Positions 35,557 to 48,994 of a stretch of 64,000 nt of DNA are shown piece by piece. The DNA comes from Zancudomyces culisetae HAW-14-8. Taxonomy: Eukaryota > Fungi > Kickxellomycota. The position numbers and the translations under genes are program-made. Every line of letters starts with the position of its first letter. The first letter of the stretch is position 1. The stretch lies in the NCBI GenBank assembly GCA_052426225.1, contig JBNJNM010000023.1:1006475-1070474 (forward strand). Reading direction: 5' to 3'. The notes under the pieces were generated by a model. That model saw only the letters and a program-made list of their open reading frames with translations. It did no database searches and was not told the DNA's origin.

Positions 35557-38043
35557 ATTTGATACTCGAATTTAAATAAAATTGTGACAAGCTAATGCGC
35601 TGATGCAGTATGAAAATGATGATGACTATAATATGTCTTTTTGTCTTGTATAAAGAAACTTCAATTGTTGATGTACATCTTGTTTCAATGATATTCTGAA
35701 CATTTTATACTTTTTTTTTTCTCTCTGTTACATCTATACTACTCTTGAAACCGCGTAAGATGACCAATTTTAGTGTTTCCAATATATTTTAAAAAGTGTT
35801 CAATTTTAAAAAGTCGAGAAAGCATCTAGTTTCAAAGCATTAGGCTGAATGAAAGTGTACTAAAAAATGATAATTTAGGTGTTATGTAATTCATAGCTTC
35901 TAATTTTAATCTTTGACAACTTTTCTATATTTGCTAGCCTCGCTTACAATGTAGTGGTATACTAGAACTAGTAATCTTATAAGGTAGTAGAGCAATTTTT
36001 TCTGCTCATGAATTGTGCCCTTACTGTAACTGGTAGATTGAAAATAATTTTGTAATTTTTATCTAATCAACACTAATTCTGTTCCGATTTTTTGATTTCG
36101 CAGTTCCGATAGTTTAAAAGCATTAAATCCCAACAAGTAAAAACGGTTACGTAATTGAAATAAATAAATAATAACATCCAAATTTGATTTACTATTTGAA
36201 AAGGTTTATCTAAAGCGATATTTTAATTCATCTAAAAATAACACTATTCCACAAAATTCCCATTAAAAAGAGAAAATAGACCCATAAACTATTATACGTC
36301 CTTGAAAAAGACGTAAAACCGACAAAATGATCCGTTCCTGCAATTCCAAGGAATAATACTCTTTATTTCGATACTTCCCGACAAGAGGTGGCCATTGGGT
36401 TTAATTATTAGATTGGTAATAATTACAAATCTGTTTTGAACCTAAAATTACGTTTCTATACCTCTCACCAACGAATACACCAGATAACTAACAAGGCCAA
36501 AGAGCATTTTAAAAGACAAGATAGATTTCGAGTTTCTAGCCTCGAGAAAGACAGCACTTACACTAATAAATTATTCAAAGGCATTTTCTATTAATAAGTG
36601 AGTAGAATTAACCCGTGTTTTAAATCAAGGTGTATTATCAATCACACAATGTGATGTATTCATATGCTAATGATGCTTTCAGTTTACCTAATAATAATGG
36701 CCTTAATATATCTCGATACCAAGCTATTTGAAAGCTAAAGTAACGTGCAAAACATTCTTACAAAGATAGAAAAGAACGGAATCAAATTGTTTTTAATGTC
36801 TAAATAATAGCCTTATGAATAAATATTTACATGTTTCCATCAAAAAGAGTACACTTGGCTTATAATTATAAGTAAACAAAGCCCAATAAAGTAATATTAA
36901 TCTTTATATGTGGCATGGTCAACCAGGAGACTACCCTAGCCTCATACTTGTTTTTATTTAGTATGTAAATACTGGAGTTTCAATAGTATACTCCAAGGTG
37001 TCGGTTCGATTTATCGTGAAATTGCGAGTTTTTAATGTTGATCCTTTTTCCTTCAACACTTTAGATTGTTTTTAAAACTTGCTCATTAAATCTTATTTAT
37101 AAAAAGATTAAATTACCTAAATTAGAATCATGCGCCTACCTAGTCTTGAAATTAACATGTAGAAGAGCCTAATTAATATGTCAATTATCTCTAAAGGCAT
37201 AAATATAATTCGTACTATAATCCCGAAGTGAGGTTAATAACCATATTTGCTTAAAATGGGCCAATCAATTAAGCGCTAGAATTTGAACAAATCTTTCAAC
37301 CAATAAGAACTCGGTACATCTATCATTACAAATATTCTCGTATCACAATTATATAGGTATATGCAACATATTCAACAAATTATAAATGCTGATTACGATA
37401 TGATTTAAAATAGAATATGCAATTTCAAAAAAAAACAAGCGTACTTCGGGTCATCTAGTACATGATAAATAATTTACAAACCCTGAATGCCACCGGTACC
37501 GTTTATACTGTGATATGTCTTTTTTTAGATTTCACATTTCCCTCAAAAACCGGAATAGATTACTAAAAATAATTTTTTTTCGCTTTCGTTCAAATGCAAA
37601 CGGCCAAAAATATTGATTCTCTAAGTAAAAGCCTTTGTATTTCTTTAATTTTTAGAGAACATCAAGGTAAAAGCATTGACATTAGGTATCATAAAACAAG
37701 TTATGCCCATTAAATGTTAACTCTGATACCTATTAACACACTTATAAATATAATAATCTAAATATAGTTCTACTATTCTGAGTGAGCTGATAGAGGAATG
37801 AATTCGTCATTGATTCGGATATATTGACAATAGTTGTAATGTCATTGTTACCAGCTATCTAGCAATTTTGTCTAGTAACTTTTAATTCAATACACCATTA
37901 TATTTACAAACAAGAAGGTCACAACAAAAAAAGTATAAAAAGTCCAGGTTTTTTTCAGAATCCTATTCTATACAATTCAAAAACATTTCAACTGTGTCCT
38001 AGATAAAAGGTGTTTAGATTAAATAGTCAAAAAATAAATTAAG

Positions 38044-38466
38044 ATGGTAAACATTTTGTTGACAACCGCAGTTTTGATTGCCTCAAAGCTTGTAGCTGGT
38101 GCTAGCATTCCAGATACCCAGACAAATATTTCTAAAAGGCAAGACGACGACAATCGCAACATCTGCTATGGAGACAATAAAAAGCAATACCCTAACAAAT
38201 TTCTAAATATTGAAATGTTTGCACAAAGGTCAAGGATAAATAGAATTGGTTTCAAAACAATTAATCCAAATCGATGCTATGTCATGCCAACTACTGGTTC
38301 CTGCTTGCTTAATGGTGGTACGCCTGGTGAAGGAACAATAATGTTCTGCACTGGAACCAACTGCGATGGTTACTGCCGGGCTCAGCCAAGACAAGTCTGG
38401 TATACCCCCGGAGATATGCAGAAAGATATTGGAGGGCTTGCAAATTCAGTTTATTGGACAATTTGA
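38044..38466 (+). CDS. Small secreted family member E
   Basis: Leader MVNILLTTAVLIASKLVAGA and a KR site. PNRCYVMP..SCLLNGGTPGEGTIMFC..NC.G.C..W..PGDM..DIGG.ANSVYW; closest to member A. TATAAAA at 37934. Confidence 0.82.
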   Translation: MVNILLTTAVLIASKLVAGASIPDTQTNISKRQDDDNRNICYGDNKKQYPNKFLNIEMFAQRSRINRIGFKTINPNRCYVMPTTGSCLLNGGTPGEGTIMFCTGTNCDGYCRAQPRQVWYTPGDMQKDIGGLANSVYWTI

Positions 38467-40317
38467 TAAGTGATGAAAGTGCATTACTTCACGAGCCGTC
38501 AAGAACGCATTTAAATTTGCATAGTTACTCTTATTTTCATTATATCATTCACATTTAATTTAGCTACTATTTTATAGCATAGCATAAAAAAACTTTACAA
38601 AAATATATTCTCAGAATTTGTTTTTATATTAAATTAAAGCTGATCTGAAGATCTTTGAAGTGTATATTGTATTTTTAGTGATATTATAGACAAATTATAA
38701 AACAACTTAATATATCTATGGAGACCGCTTAACTCTAGATTTTTGGTAGTGAAGTACCTAAAATGTAACTTAACTTTGTATATGAAATCAATTAGTCTAT
38801 TAATTTTCTTAATGTAAATATGCTATTGTATCTAAAGTATATCGAACACATATGGACTATCAAAAATTGTTATTAAAATGTATTCATTAATCGAGGAAAA
38901 ACAGTGTAACTGATTTGAATCGTAAAGTAAATAGCACTAAAATAAACAGTTATACAAATAAAAACCCCGATAAAATCACCTCATCTTAGCTTCTTTAATC
39001 TGTTGATTGTAGTACTAATTTCCATAGTTGCAGTCTATTGAGAAACCTAAAGTAGTTTAGATCAGACCCTATAGATGTTTTATTTTTGGTTGCTGTTTTA
39101 ATCTAGTAGAAATGTTTTATGCCCTACTTGGAGGCTATTGGCTACTAAGATATACTCGAGTAAAACAACTATAGTTTATAATTAACAATATTGTGTACTA
39201 TTATAATGTTCAGATACAACAAATTAACTTTTCTAAAAATTTTACTAATTTTATAGAACAAACTCAAATGCATAACTGTCAAATAAGAGTATCAATAAAA
39301 TTAACATACAAATTACAACTGATGAGAAATCCAATATGTTTAATATTTTGTTATTAATGTATGCATCGTCTATTTAGGCTAAACTCGACTTTGTTCTCTC
39401 ATAAGTAGATAATGAAATAGGCCTTGTATTATTTTTCAATATTTTAAAATATTCCAACTATTAACATTCATATTATGAAATAAATTCAATAATTTCTCAA
39501 AAGTCGAGACATTAATATTATTAATATATTATTTTCTTATTTATAATAAATAACACTTTTTTCATCTGTTTAGTAAATCAAACTATTCTTGCTGTTCAGT
39601 TATACTTAACTTTCAAAAAGTATTAAAAGGTGCTTTATTAATTAAATTAAATCTAAACCACTCCATTAATATACTTTGAACCTTTTTACATACTAACCAG
39701 AAATTTAAGTGAAAGGAAAAAGATAACCTTTTATTATAATGTAGCTATAAATGGTAATAAGCTTTAAATTGTAGAGTTTTCTCATACAGGCAGTTAAGTT
39801 TATAATTTGGGCCTTATTCAGGTGTTTTGCTCTGAATTACGAATTTCGCAATTGTTAATTGACTTCAACATATCAAAAATAATAAATATAATTCTAGTAA
39901 TCTTCGGATTAAAGTATTATACAATTGGTTAAGCTTGCAACGTATTCATTTGTTGAAAGATGTTGTAGATTCTATAAAATATATCATGTGACTATTTCAT
40001 TCAAGTTGTGAAAAGACTACCTATTAGATTTACAGCTACATGGTATTTTAATAATCATAATTGTAGAATGGTTTGTGAAAACCATTAATACCATATTTCC
40101 CATTTATAAATGAATTTAATTTTAAACTTAATTAGTATGTTTAGTTGATTAAAGAATAATAAATTGACATGAAAATGCACGGTTAAAATTAAATCCTACC
40201 TACTCTTTATATAACTTCATAATCTTTTCTTGAGCAATTCTTTACCACGAATTCATTATTAAATGTTAAAATTTTCGCAACTAAAATCTCATCAGTACTT
40301 TATAAAATGTATAGATT

Positions 40318-40545
40318 ATGTCGGACGTGACCGGGTGGATCACGTTCGTTTGTCGGGTTTCTCATGGTTGCAAGCTATTGATTGATTATATCTTCCAAAT
40401 CATGAAACGGGTCACGTGAGGAGATCGATTCAATTTCCATAGAAGACACTCAATGGTCGGTCGCTATCTGATGAGTAGCGACCATCATCTCGGAACTGCT
40501 GGATTATGGCTGTCCTGATTTGCTTTATGAGACCTGACATTTAGA
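40318..40545 (-). repeat. Dispersed repeat copy 2
   Basis: Minus strand reads MSGLIKQIRTAIIQQFRDDGRYSSDSDR, homologous to 32851 onward and to 48995-49250. Confidence 0.65.
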
Positions 40546-40581
40546 TTTTATTAATTTTAATCTAATACTTTAAAATAATCT

Positions 40582-43500
40582 TAATATATTTAGTTGAATA
40601 TAATATAAACTAATTATTATTATGCAAATGCCAGATACAATTATGTGTGTTACCAAATCTTTATTTAATTTCGAATTCTTTCCTAGATACTAAATAATTA
40701 AACCCCAAAATTTATTTCAAATGTTCCAATATGTTCGAAATTTCGTAATCTGAAATTATGAAATCAAGAATAATCTAAAGAGTTTGAATTCAGTACTAAA
40801 ATTTCTCATAACATTTGGGTTAAAAATATGTAAAATTATCTTAAAACAACAACAAAATGAAAATAAAGTATATAAACCGTCTGTTTTCCAGTTTTCTTGA
40901 GTTCCTTACCATCGGTTGAGCTAGACTAAATCGGAACAGGGTGAGACATAAATGTATCTGGCATTCGCATAATAATATTAAGTTTTGATTTCATTCAACT
41001 AAACATGATAATTTGCTACATTGACCAGATAAATTTATAATGCTTCAGAGTTTAATACGTAAATGTCAAATTTTCTCTTGTTCTACGTGATAACTGATAG
41101 TATGTATCAAATATTCCTCTGCTTGCCCAAAATCCTTGGGTAATAACATCATCGTATGTTGCACCTGATGAAGTAGCACGAGTAGATCCATGTGCTCTTG
41201 CCTTTGGTACTTTAGCGTTTGGCGGTAATGGTATAAGCGACATAAGTTTGTTAATGTGCTTGCTAATACGCTGTGCTCCAATGTTAGTACTGTGGTCCTT
41301 GAGACTCCTGATGAGATAGGATATTGAGTTTCCGTCGAGCAAAGGATGTGGTTTTACGCATGGTATAACCTCAATCCGCTTTTTGTAAACCTGATAAGTT
41401 TCAACCGGAATAATTTTTTGTCAGAGTGTGCATGGATTATAGAAACTTTTTCAATTGGAGTTCCATTGCGTTTCTCCTTTGATCCAACAATAATAAAATT
41501 GATGTATTCTCTTGTCACTGACGTCTTGCTGTCGTCAATCCTCTCAATGTCGCTTGGCCTGAGAAAGCCACAGATGGCTATGAGCCAGCATAGTTTTGCA
41601 GTCAAGTCATACTTTGACATTCTGGAGTTAGGCCCAAGTTTCCTGATGTGGTCAATGATTGGACTGATGTCATAAAGCGATATGTCAAAGAATCTGACGT
41701 TTGATGAAGATAGTTGTTTGAGATACTCTTTCATTAGTGGATCGTCACTGAAAGAAGCCCAATCACTGGTTATGCCAAGAATGGCGGACTTGTAGTTTTT
41801 GACTGTTCCGAGTCTCCAGTTTAGCGCTTTGCGTTGCTGCTCCAGATAGTTGATAACGTCAACGACTGTTACGTTTTCTATGGAGATTAAAGATGTAGAA
41901 AGCCACTGTAGGAACTTGGTCTTCGGGCTCAGATATTTCTTCTGCTTGGTCTTAACTCGAGTGTTGTCGAGCATCAAATTGATGACCTGGTCATCTAATC
42001 CTGCTTCCTGATACCTTGCGCGCTTAACCGCCAAGCCGTAAGTGACCATGTCTTGTTGCGCATTGTCGCTGCTTTTCCGCTTCTCGGGTCTGGGATAACT
42101 GCTGACGAATGAATCTTGATTGGCGGTGCAATTGACAGGCTCTTTAGGTCCGGATACCACGGGGCTGATCTCCAGAACAGCGTGATCAGAGTCGCTGTGA
42201 TCCTCTCCTGGCGGATCTTTTGGATGGTACGCTGGATCAGATTCCACAGTGGACACAAGTATGGATTCTTCCACACTGTCCAACTGTGGTTGAAGGCGTT
42301 GATCCTGACTGCTTGGGGGCAGTATTTCCAACACACAAATGTGTTCAGTTTGTGATTGGTGCTGCTCGCAAACATGTCGATATCGTGAGGACCAAAGTAT
42401 TTTTGAATCCTTTGAAACACTCTTTCCGATATCGACCATTCGGTCTGCAAAGTAAGCCGGGATGGGGCGTCTGCCGGATTCACAATGGATGGTACGTACT
42501 GGATCTGTACCCTGGTCCCGTTGCTGATGCAGTGTTTCCACATCAGTTCCGATATGTCTAGCAGGTTGGGCGATCTGGTCCCTCCCTGTTTCTTGACATA
42601 GCTGATGGAGGTGTTGTTGTCGCAGTATACAACCACACTCCTGCCCTTTACCTGGGGCATCTTGATAGCCTTGTATATGGCTAGTAGCTCCTTGGCGTTG
42701 ATCGGGAGCTTGGACTGTGCTTTGGTCCATATTCCTGAGTACTGGCTCTGACCAATAACTATCCCCCAATGGAAGTCGCTCGCGTCTGTGTAGACTTCCA
42801 CTTCCGGAATCTCTGGGAGGAAGCTCAGGCCGTTCCATTCCTTCAGATGATCTCTCCACCAGATCAGGTTGTCTAGAGCTGGCTGATCCAAAGATACTTC
42901 TGTGCTACAATCCCGCGTGGTCCGCAGGGTAGCATTCTTGAGCTCCAAAAGCCTCCTGCTCATGAGTCTGCCTGGACGGAGAGCGATGTTCACTACCTGT
43001 GTCTTGCAAATGAAAGACGATAAGCATCTCAGCGTCGTCTTCCCATTCCTGATCAGTTTGGATGCCTCTCGCGTAAGATCCCTGAGTTTCTGCTTGGGAA
43101 TCCTGAAGCTCATTTGGCGGGTGTTGATGTCCATACCCAAATGGCTGATAGACTGCTTGGGGTTCATTGACGACTTCTCGTTGTTTAAAATGAACCCTAA
43201 TTTGGCTAGCTTGTTTGCAACCATCGTAGTGTACTTGCTACACTCGCTTCTGGTTGATCCCAAGACCAGCAAATCGTCCAAGTAGCTCGAGATTCGGATC
43301 CCTCGAGCTCTGGCCCACTTGAGAACTGGCTTTAATATTTTGGTGAATACTAGCGGGCTTAAGGACAGATCAAATGGCAGTACCCTGTACTGGTAGACGC
43401 GATGGCCTCACGTCAACCTGAGATATTTTCTTGACGCCTTGTTGAAGAGCACATGCAAGAAAGCATCGCTGAGATCGATGCTTGTCATCCAGTCACCCTT

Positions 43501-43995
43501 TCGCAACATTCGCGAGATGGTGTTCAGTGATTCCATCTTGAAATGCTGCTCGGGGATGTACTGGTTTAAAGGTCTCAGGTTGAGAACCATCCGTGTTCCT
43601 CCATTCTTCTTTGGGACGGTGAATGTCCTTGAGAAGAATCCTGGCTGCGCTGCTGAAACTTCCTCTATAGCTTTTTTGGAGAGGAGACTTGTAATCTCCT
43701 GCTCGACGAGCTTTTCCGGAAGTTTCATTAAGTCCTTCACGCACGGCTTTGGCTGCTTGACCGTGCGAGGATGCGCATTGAAGGGGATTCGGAACCCTTC
43801 CTTGATCACCTGGAGTACCCATTGGTGATCGGTAAGCTTCTTCCATGCCTCCTGGAATAGCTTCAGTCAACCCCCTACTTTCGGGGTCTGATGCTGCTGC
43901 CACCCCGAAAATTATTCTTAGGAGTATTGAAACGGGGCTGCCTCTGCTCCTGGACCAACTGTGGCTCTTTGAGCTGTGACTCTGTTTTATTACCG
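40582..43995 (-). mobile_element. 5'-truncated DIRS retrotransposon (second subfamily)
   Basis: ITR at 40582-40913 and ICR at about 40946-41035. YR (frameshifted) at 41052 to about 42030. RT/RH/MT at 41995-43870 with TGA at 43408 in place of Trp; YLDD and YTDASD present. Most of gag and the left ITR are missing. Confidence 0.9.
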
Positions 43996-44429
43996 AAATT
44001 ATACCAAGTAAAGTTAGTATTAACAAATTAACACACAGTTAATTTATAAAAGCTATTATTAATAATTAGTATAAAACTCGCAGTAATACATGCAATAATA
44101 TTTTTATTAACTTTATTGTCGTTAAACGTGATATACAAACAAATTTTACATGTAAAGGTATATTATCTCAAATTATTCAATTAAGTTTGAAATAATTATT
44201 AATATATAATTTAAACTAAAAAACATATTTAATTTAAAAAATATTAATGTTGATACGTTCATTATTTATTTTGAGTATCAATATTAATGCTATAAACTAA
44301 TACTTATCACAAAATAAATAATATAAACTTGTAATACAATAATATATGAAACACAAGTATATCATTAATATAAATTAATTTTATTGTATTTAATATACAA
44401 TATTGTTAAGATACATGTATATTCTAAAA

Positions 44430-44841
44430 CAATGATAGTGGTGGTGGTCATGGCCTACATTTTTGGAGGGGCCAAAATATTTGCCTATACTTTTGCCTAC
44501 ACTAGTGCCTACACTTTCGATTGCGATGACGGTGGCAGTAAGGTCTGCATACTTTACGACGACAACATTTGAGATCTACAAATCCTGCATTATAGTTTAA
44601 AAGGTAGACGTTTTTGGGGGCTAGTTCACCTTTTTTTTTACATACCTTGTATTTGGCTAAGTTGGCCGTGTGGAGGTTAGTTTAATCTTTCATTTTTATA
44701 TTATTTTAATTATTATTTTTAGTACACTACCATTATGTGAAAAAAGTTTTTTAAAGATTTTAATTTGGCTAGATCACTATCTTGGGATTGAGCGGAAACT
44801 GAAAAGAGTGCAATAAGGCACAACAATTTGATTATAACCAT
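44430..44841 (-). pseudogene. Pseudogene paralogue of the His/Arg/Cys secreted protein (8298-9740)
   Basis: MVIIKLLCLIALFSVSAQS, then NVYLLNYNAGFVDLKCCRRKVCRPYCHRHRNRKCRH*...CRP*PPP, with frameshifts and stops. The upstream motif tataaccgggttc is shared with the intact gene. Confidence 0.75.
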
Positions 44842-46439
44842 CCTGTGCTGTTGTCTGGCTCTTTATTCCGCATGATTTTTGCCTTATATAACCGGGTTCC
44901 TACAACTGCGTGACTAGCTAACTAGAAAAAACACAACGAATTGCTGTTAGATCTTGGCTGCCAGTACCTCTAAGTTTTTTATTTTGTATTCCTGTGCCTG
45001 AAGTTTTATTATGACATATAACACTACTATATTTTATTACTGCTTCTTGCTTGTTAGCTATCTGTGAGTGCAACGAAATGATACTAAACTAAATCACGGT
45101 ATTTTTGACATTTTTATATTTTTGTTAGATGGAATTTTAAATACATATTTTCTACAATATACAGCTCGCTTGTGGATAGTTGAGTTTAGTTGACCTTCTC
45201 TCTGATATTTACTTTTAACATGAGTATTCCAGTTTTATTTTACTAATAAATAATTATTAAACTATGTATACTTTCTTCTATTTATCATTCTAGATCTTTT
45301 ATAAGCGTCATTTATGGTTATTAAAAGTTACAATCAAATATACTTATTAAGAACTAGATCAAAAAAAAGTTAATTTATCGCACTGACAGGAATTTTATTT
45401 TAGTTCTAGCTAAAGTCATTAATTTATTAAAATTGAGCCCATAAACTTAGCAAACCTGAACTTGATAATTTACTAGAGCCTAAAGAATATAATTGAATGT
45501 TAACTTTTATTTAGGAATAATGTGGGGTAATAATCATCTAGATCAATCACAATATTTACGATATTACAGCTATTGGTTTGGTGGTTATTTATTGAAATGT
45601 ATGATCTCACACTCACGCACTATTTGTTCATAAAAAGGTCGCATTTAATTTTTTTTTGATAGAAATGTATAGTAAAAGTGTATGGGTGTTGAGATTTTAG
45701 AGTTTCGGAGATCATGAAGTTGGACTGAAAAGATTTGAAATATAACATGTCCGAGACTTGCCCTAAAAATTCTCACATTTTTTTTGGCTTCACGAACGGA
45801 AGTTGACATTTTTTTCTTATTAAACGGGATTTTTGCTATCTTTATTGGGTAATATTCTTTTTGTTTTATTTAATGCTTTACAAGTCAAGGACAACTATAA
45901 TTTGATATTTTGTTTAGCTTTTAAATTCATAATAATATACTTTGATAAGTTGATAATAGTCCAGATTGTGCTAATAACTTTTTAACAAGTCAAGAATAAC
46001 ATTAATAAATAGTTGAAAATATATTTTTATTCTCATACACCCAAGCTACAAAGTTGATGTAATAAGCCTTTAGCGTTTTTCAAAACTTTCAAGCATACAA
46101 CACTTTTTCTAAACATTTTTTTATAAACAGGTATTTGTTTTTGTCCTTGTAACATTTTGAATTAAAGCTAATATGAATCATCCATAATTTAAAACCATAT
46201 TTTAGAATAACTACACTTAAACAATACCAATTATACAAAAAAACTGTATCATTTATGAATGTAGCGAAGGATATGACTATTTTTAAAATCAATAAAAAGA
46301 GAATAAAGTAAGTGGCTCTACATTTGGTAAACAAAAAACACTTTATAAGTAGATAATTAAAATATGCCAAATAAAATAGTAGTTTAAAAAGTCATGAATA
46401 GATGCCATCAGAATATGTATCCTTCTTATAATTGTAAAA

Positions 46440-46527
46440 CTAAGTATCGCAGGAATATGATACTATAATTGTTTCTGATTATTTACGCAGTGATAATTGT
46501 TTAAACTTCATCCAACTAAACATATTA
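46440..46527. mobile_element. Degenerate DIRS ITR terminus
   Basis: ataattgtttctga..cgca..ttcatccaactaaacatatta matches the ITR end at 27853-27916. Confidence 0.55.
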
Positions 46528-47070
46528 AAATTGATGTATTAAATAGCTTATGAACACAAAATTGCACGGAATAAATCACATGTTAGGTGTAAAGAGATGC
46601 ATGTATTCTCGCACCGTTAGACGATGCTTTTAAATCTCAAATTATTCATATTACGGGTATTTATATATATGACATAATTATGTTATAATTATGTGTCACA
46701 TCTTTACCTCTTTAATTAGCACTGAAAACTATTATAGAAGTTTGAAAAGATAAATGCTGAACATATTTATCAATCTATATTAAAACATTCAGTGTGATAA
46801 TATATGTCAGACGGAATCCTTACACCTTTTATGAAATACATTATTTCAAACTGTAAAATCTACTGGCTGTTAAATAATGCCAGGTCATACCCGATTTGAA
46901 ATTTATTTCTAGTAAAACCACTTTTCAAATATGCTCCAAACATCATAATTTAATGTTGACGAACTTCACTAAACGTGTTTATTTCATAGATTTCGGTTCT
47001 AATATTTAAAAGATTTTCTATCTCTAAATCAAATATCCATACGTTAAAAATAGTCGAATTCTGACTCTAA

Positions 47071-47478
47071 CTATGCTAGGAACCAAATCATAGAGTTTGC
47101 AGGTCCTCCAACATTGTCAGCTTCCACATCATATGGGTAAAGCCAGGCTTTTCTACTTATAGTTGTACACTTTCCACTACAGTCATTACTGTGGCATAGT
47201 GCAGCCCATCCGCGCCCTGGTTGTCCATCGTCAAATCGAAGTGATAGGGCACTTGGTAATGAGACACATCTGTTTGGTCTTATATTTAGGGTTTCACCTG
47301 GACTTTGGAGATTTTTCTCTTTGAACACTTCGACCTTCATTCTAGCACTGCGATTTCGACAAGAACAAAGTCTGTTTGGTCCAATTGGGTATCTATTGTG
47401 TTGGCGTAAAGACAAGTCACCCATGCTGTTTGCAAAGGTTAGTCCCAAAGCTGCTGTTCCGATTATAATGGTCTTCAT
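47071..47478 (-). CDS. Small secreted family member F
   Basis: Leader MKTIIIGTAALGLTFA. VFKEKNL..PNRCVSLPSALS..DGQPGRG..LCHSNDCSGKC..WLYP.D..VGGPANSMIW. Confidence 0.8.
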   Translation of the reverse strand: MKTIIIGTAALGLTFANSMGDLSLRQHNRYPIGPNRLCSCRNRSARMKVEVFKEKNLQSPGETLNIRPNRCVSLPSALSLRFDDGQPGRGWAALCHSNDCSGKCTTISRKAWLYPYDVEADNVGGPANSMIWFLA

Positions 47479-48994
47479 TTTGTCAGTTAATAATTATAAT
47501 CTGGTAGATATTTGAATTGTTATTCTTCTTAATTTTTAAAATATTCTCCAAACCAGCTGGATTTATATACTTTTTTGTTTTGAACAAGTCTAGAGTATAA
47601 ATCAAATTATAATGTGTAGAGACGAGTGTTGTAAAAGTAAAGTTAAAAGCTATTTTGTTAATTTTGTCAAAACAATAATTTATGATCATCTGCGTTATAA
47701 AACAGTCAATCAACCTTTGGCAAATGTTGAGAAATTACTAGTTTAAAAAGGTAGTAGTGCATATGATGCATAATTCCAAGTGTTAAGTCGCTATACGAAT
47801 ATCATATGACTAGATTATCAATTCTAATATATTTATTGTACTTTATGATATGCTAACCTGTTAGGTTTTAAGAGCTATCATATTGAAAAAACAGTAACAA
47901 ATCGTTTATGACATGTAGTTAGTTAGCACTTAGTGGAGATCAAACTTTGAGAATTGATTAACAGATTGCTATGCAGCTCAATTTAAGCAAAAAACATTAC
48001 GTACATATTTGAACTATTTGAGGGTGTTTCATAAAAATAGTAATAAGATCCTCTTTAGCTAAAGTAGCACACACTCCAGAACAAAAAATTCAATACAAAA
48101 AACACTAGAACAATAGTTGTGTAAAGTTGCATTATAAGCTACTATTCATTCATTTTAGTTTTTTTGATCAACCAAATTTATAAGCTTATTGTAGCTAAGT
48201 GAAGTAGGCTAGATATAAATTATACATATTCATGATATCCATTCAAAATAAATGTAGTCAGGCTATAGTTGTAGCATAAATAGAATAGCTGTGTATAATG
48301 ATAGAATGAGAAAAATTAAAGTTATGCTATGAAAATAATGTCATGGAACTAATGTGCATATAATCTTCAATTCTTTTTTTTTGGTTTGAATATTTGAATA
48401 TTTGATTTACACTCAATAACACACTTGAAACTTTAATACAAATTAAAGATGTGTTTTTATGCCAAGTCAATAATTCTCAGTTATGCTTATTGTAGTATAT
48501 AGCAACTAAACTTTTTGTAAATGTTTGTATTAGACCATACTAGAATTGTAAACTGCTATACTTCTTTTTGCAAGTAAATCGTAATTAAAAACCTTAACTA
48601 AATATACTAAAGTACACGTATATAAGTAATATACAATAAGCCTGTTAAAAAAAATACACATTAAATTGTTGCATATTTTAAGCAGGAATTTGGTATTTCA
48701 CAAAGCCTGAATCAAATATGCTTCAACTATAGTTCAAAAGTATGTACAGAATATTCCACAAAAGAATGGCTGTTGAACAATAACACAAAATTAAAACACC
48801 AACAGAAAATGATATAGATATTCCACGCGTTAATTGGGGGAAGGAATAGGTATCTTCATAACCAAAATCATATCACAAAATTTCAAGAATTATAGCCTTT
48901 AGAATTTCAATCCTTTTAGGCAGTTAAATTGGACGAAGATAATTTTATACAGGGCAAGAAATAAAGGAGGGAGTATATTTTACTATGCGGATAG

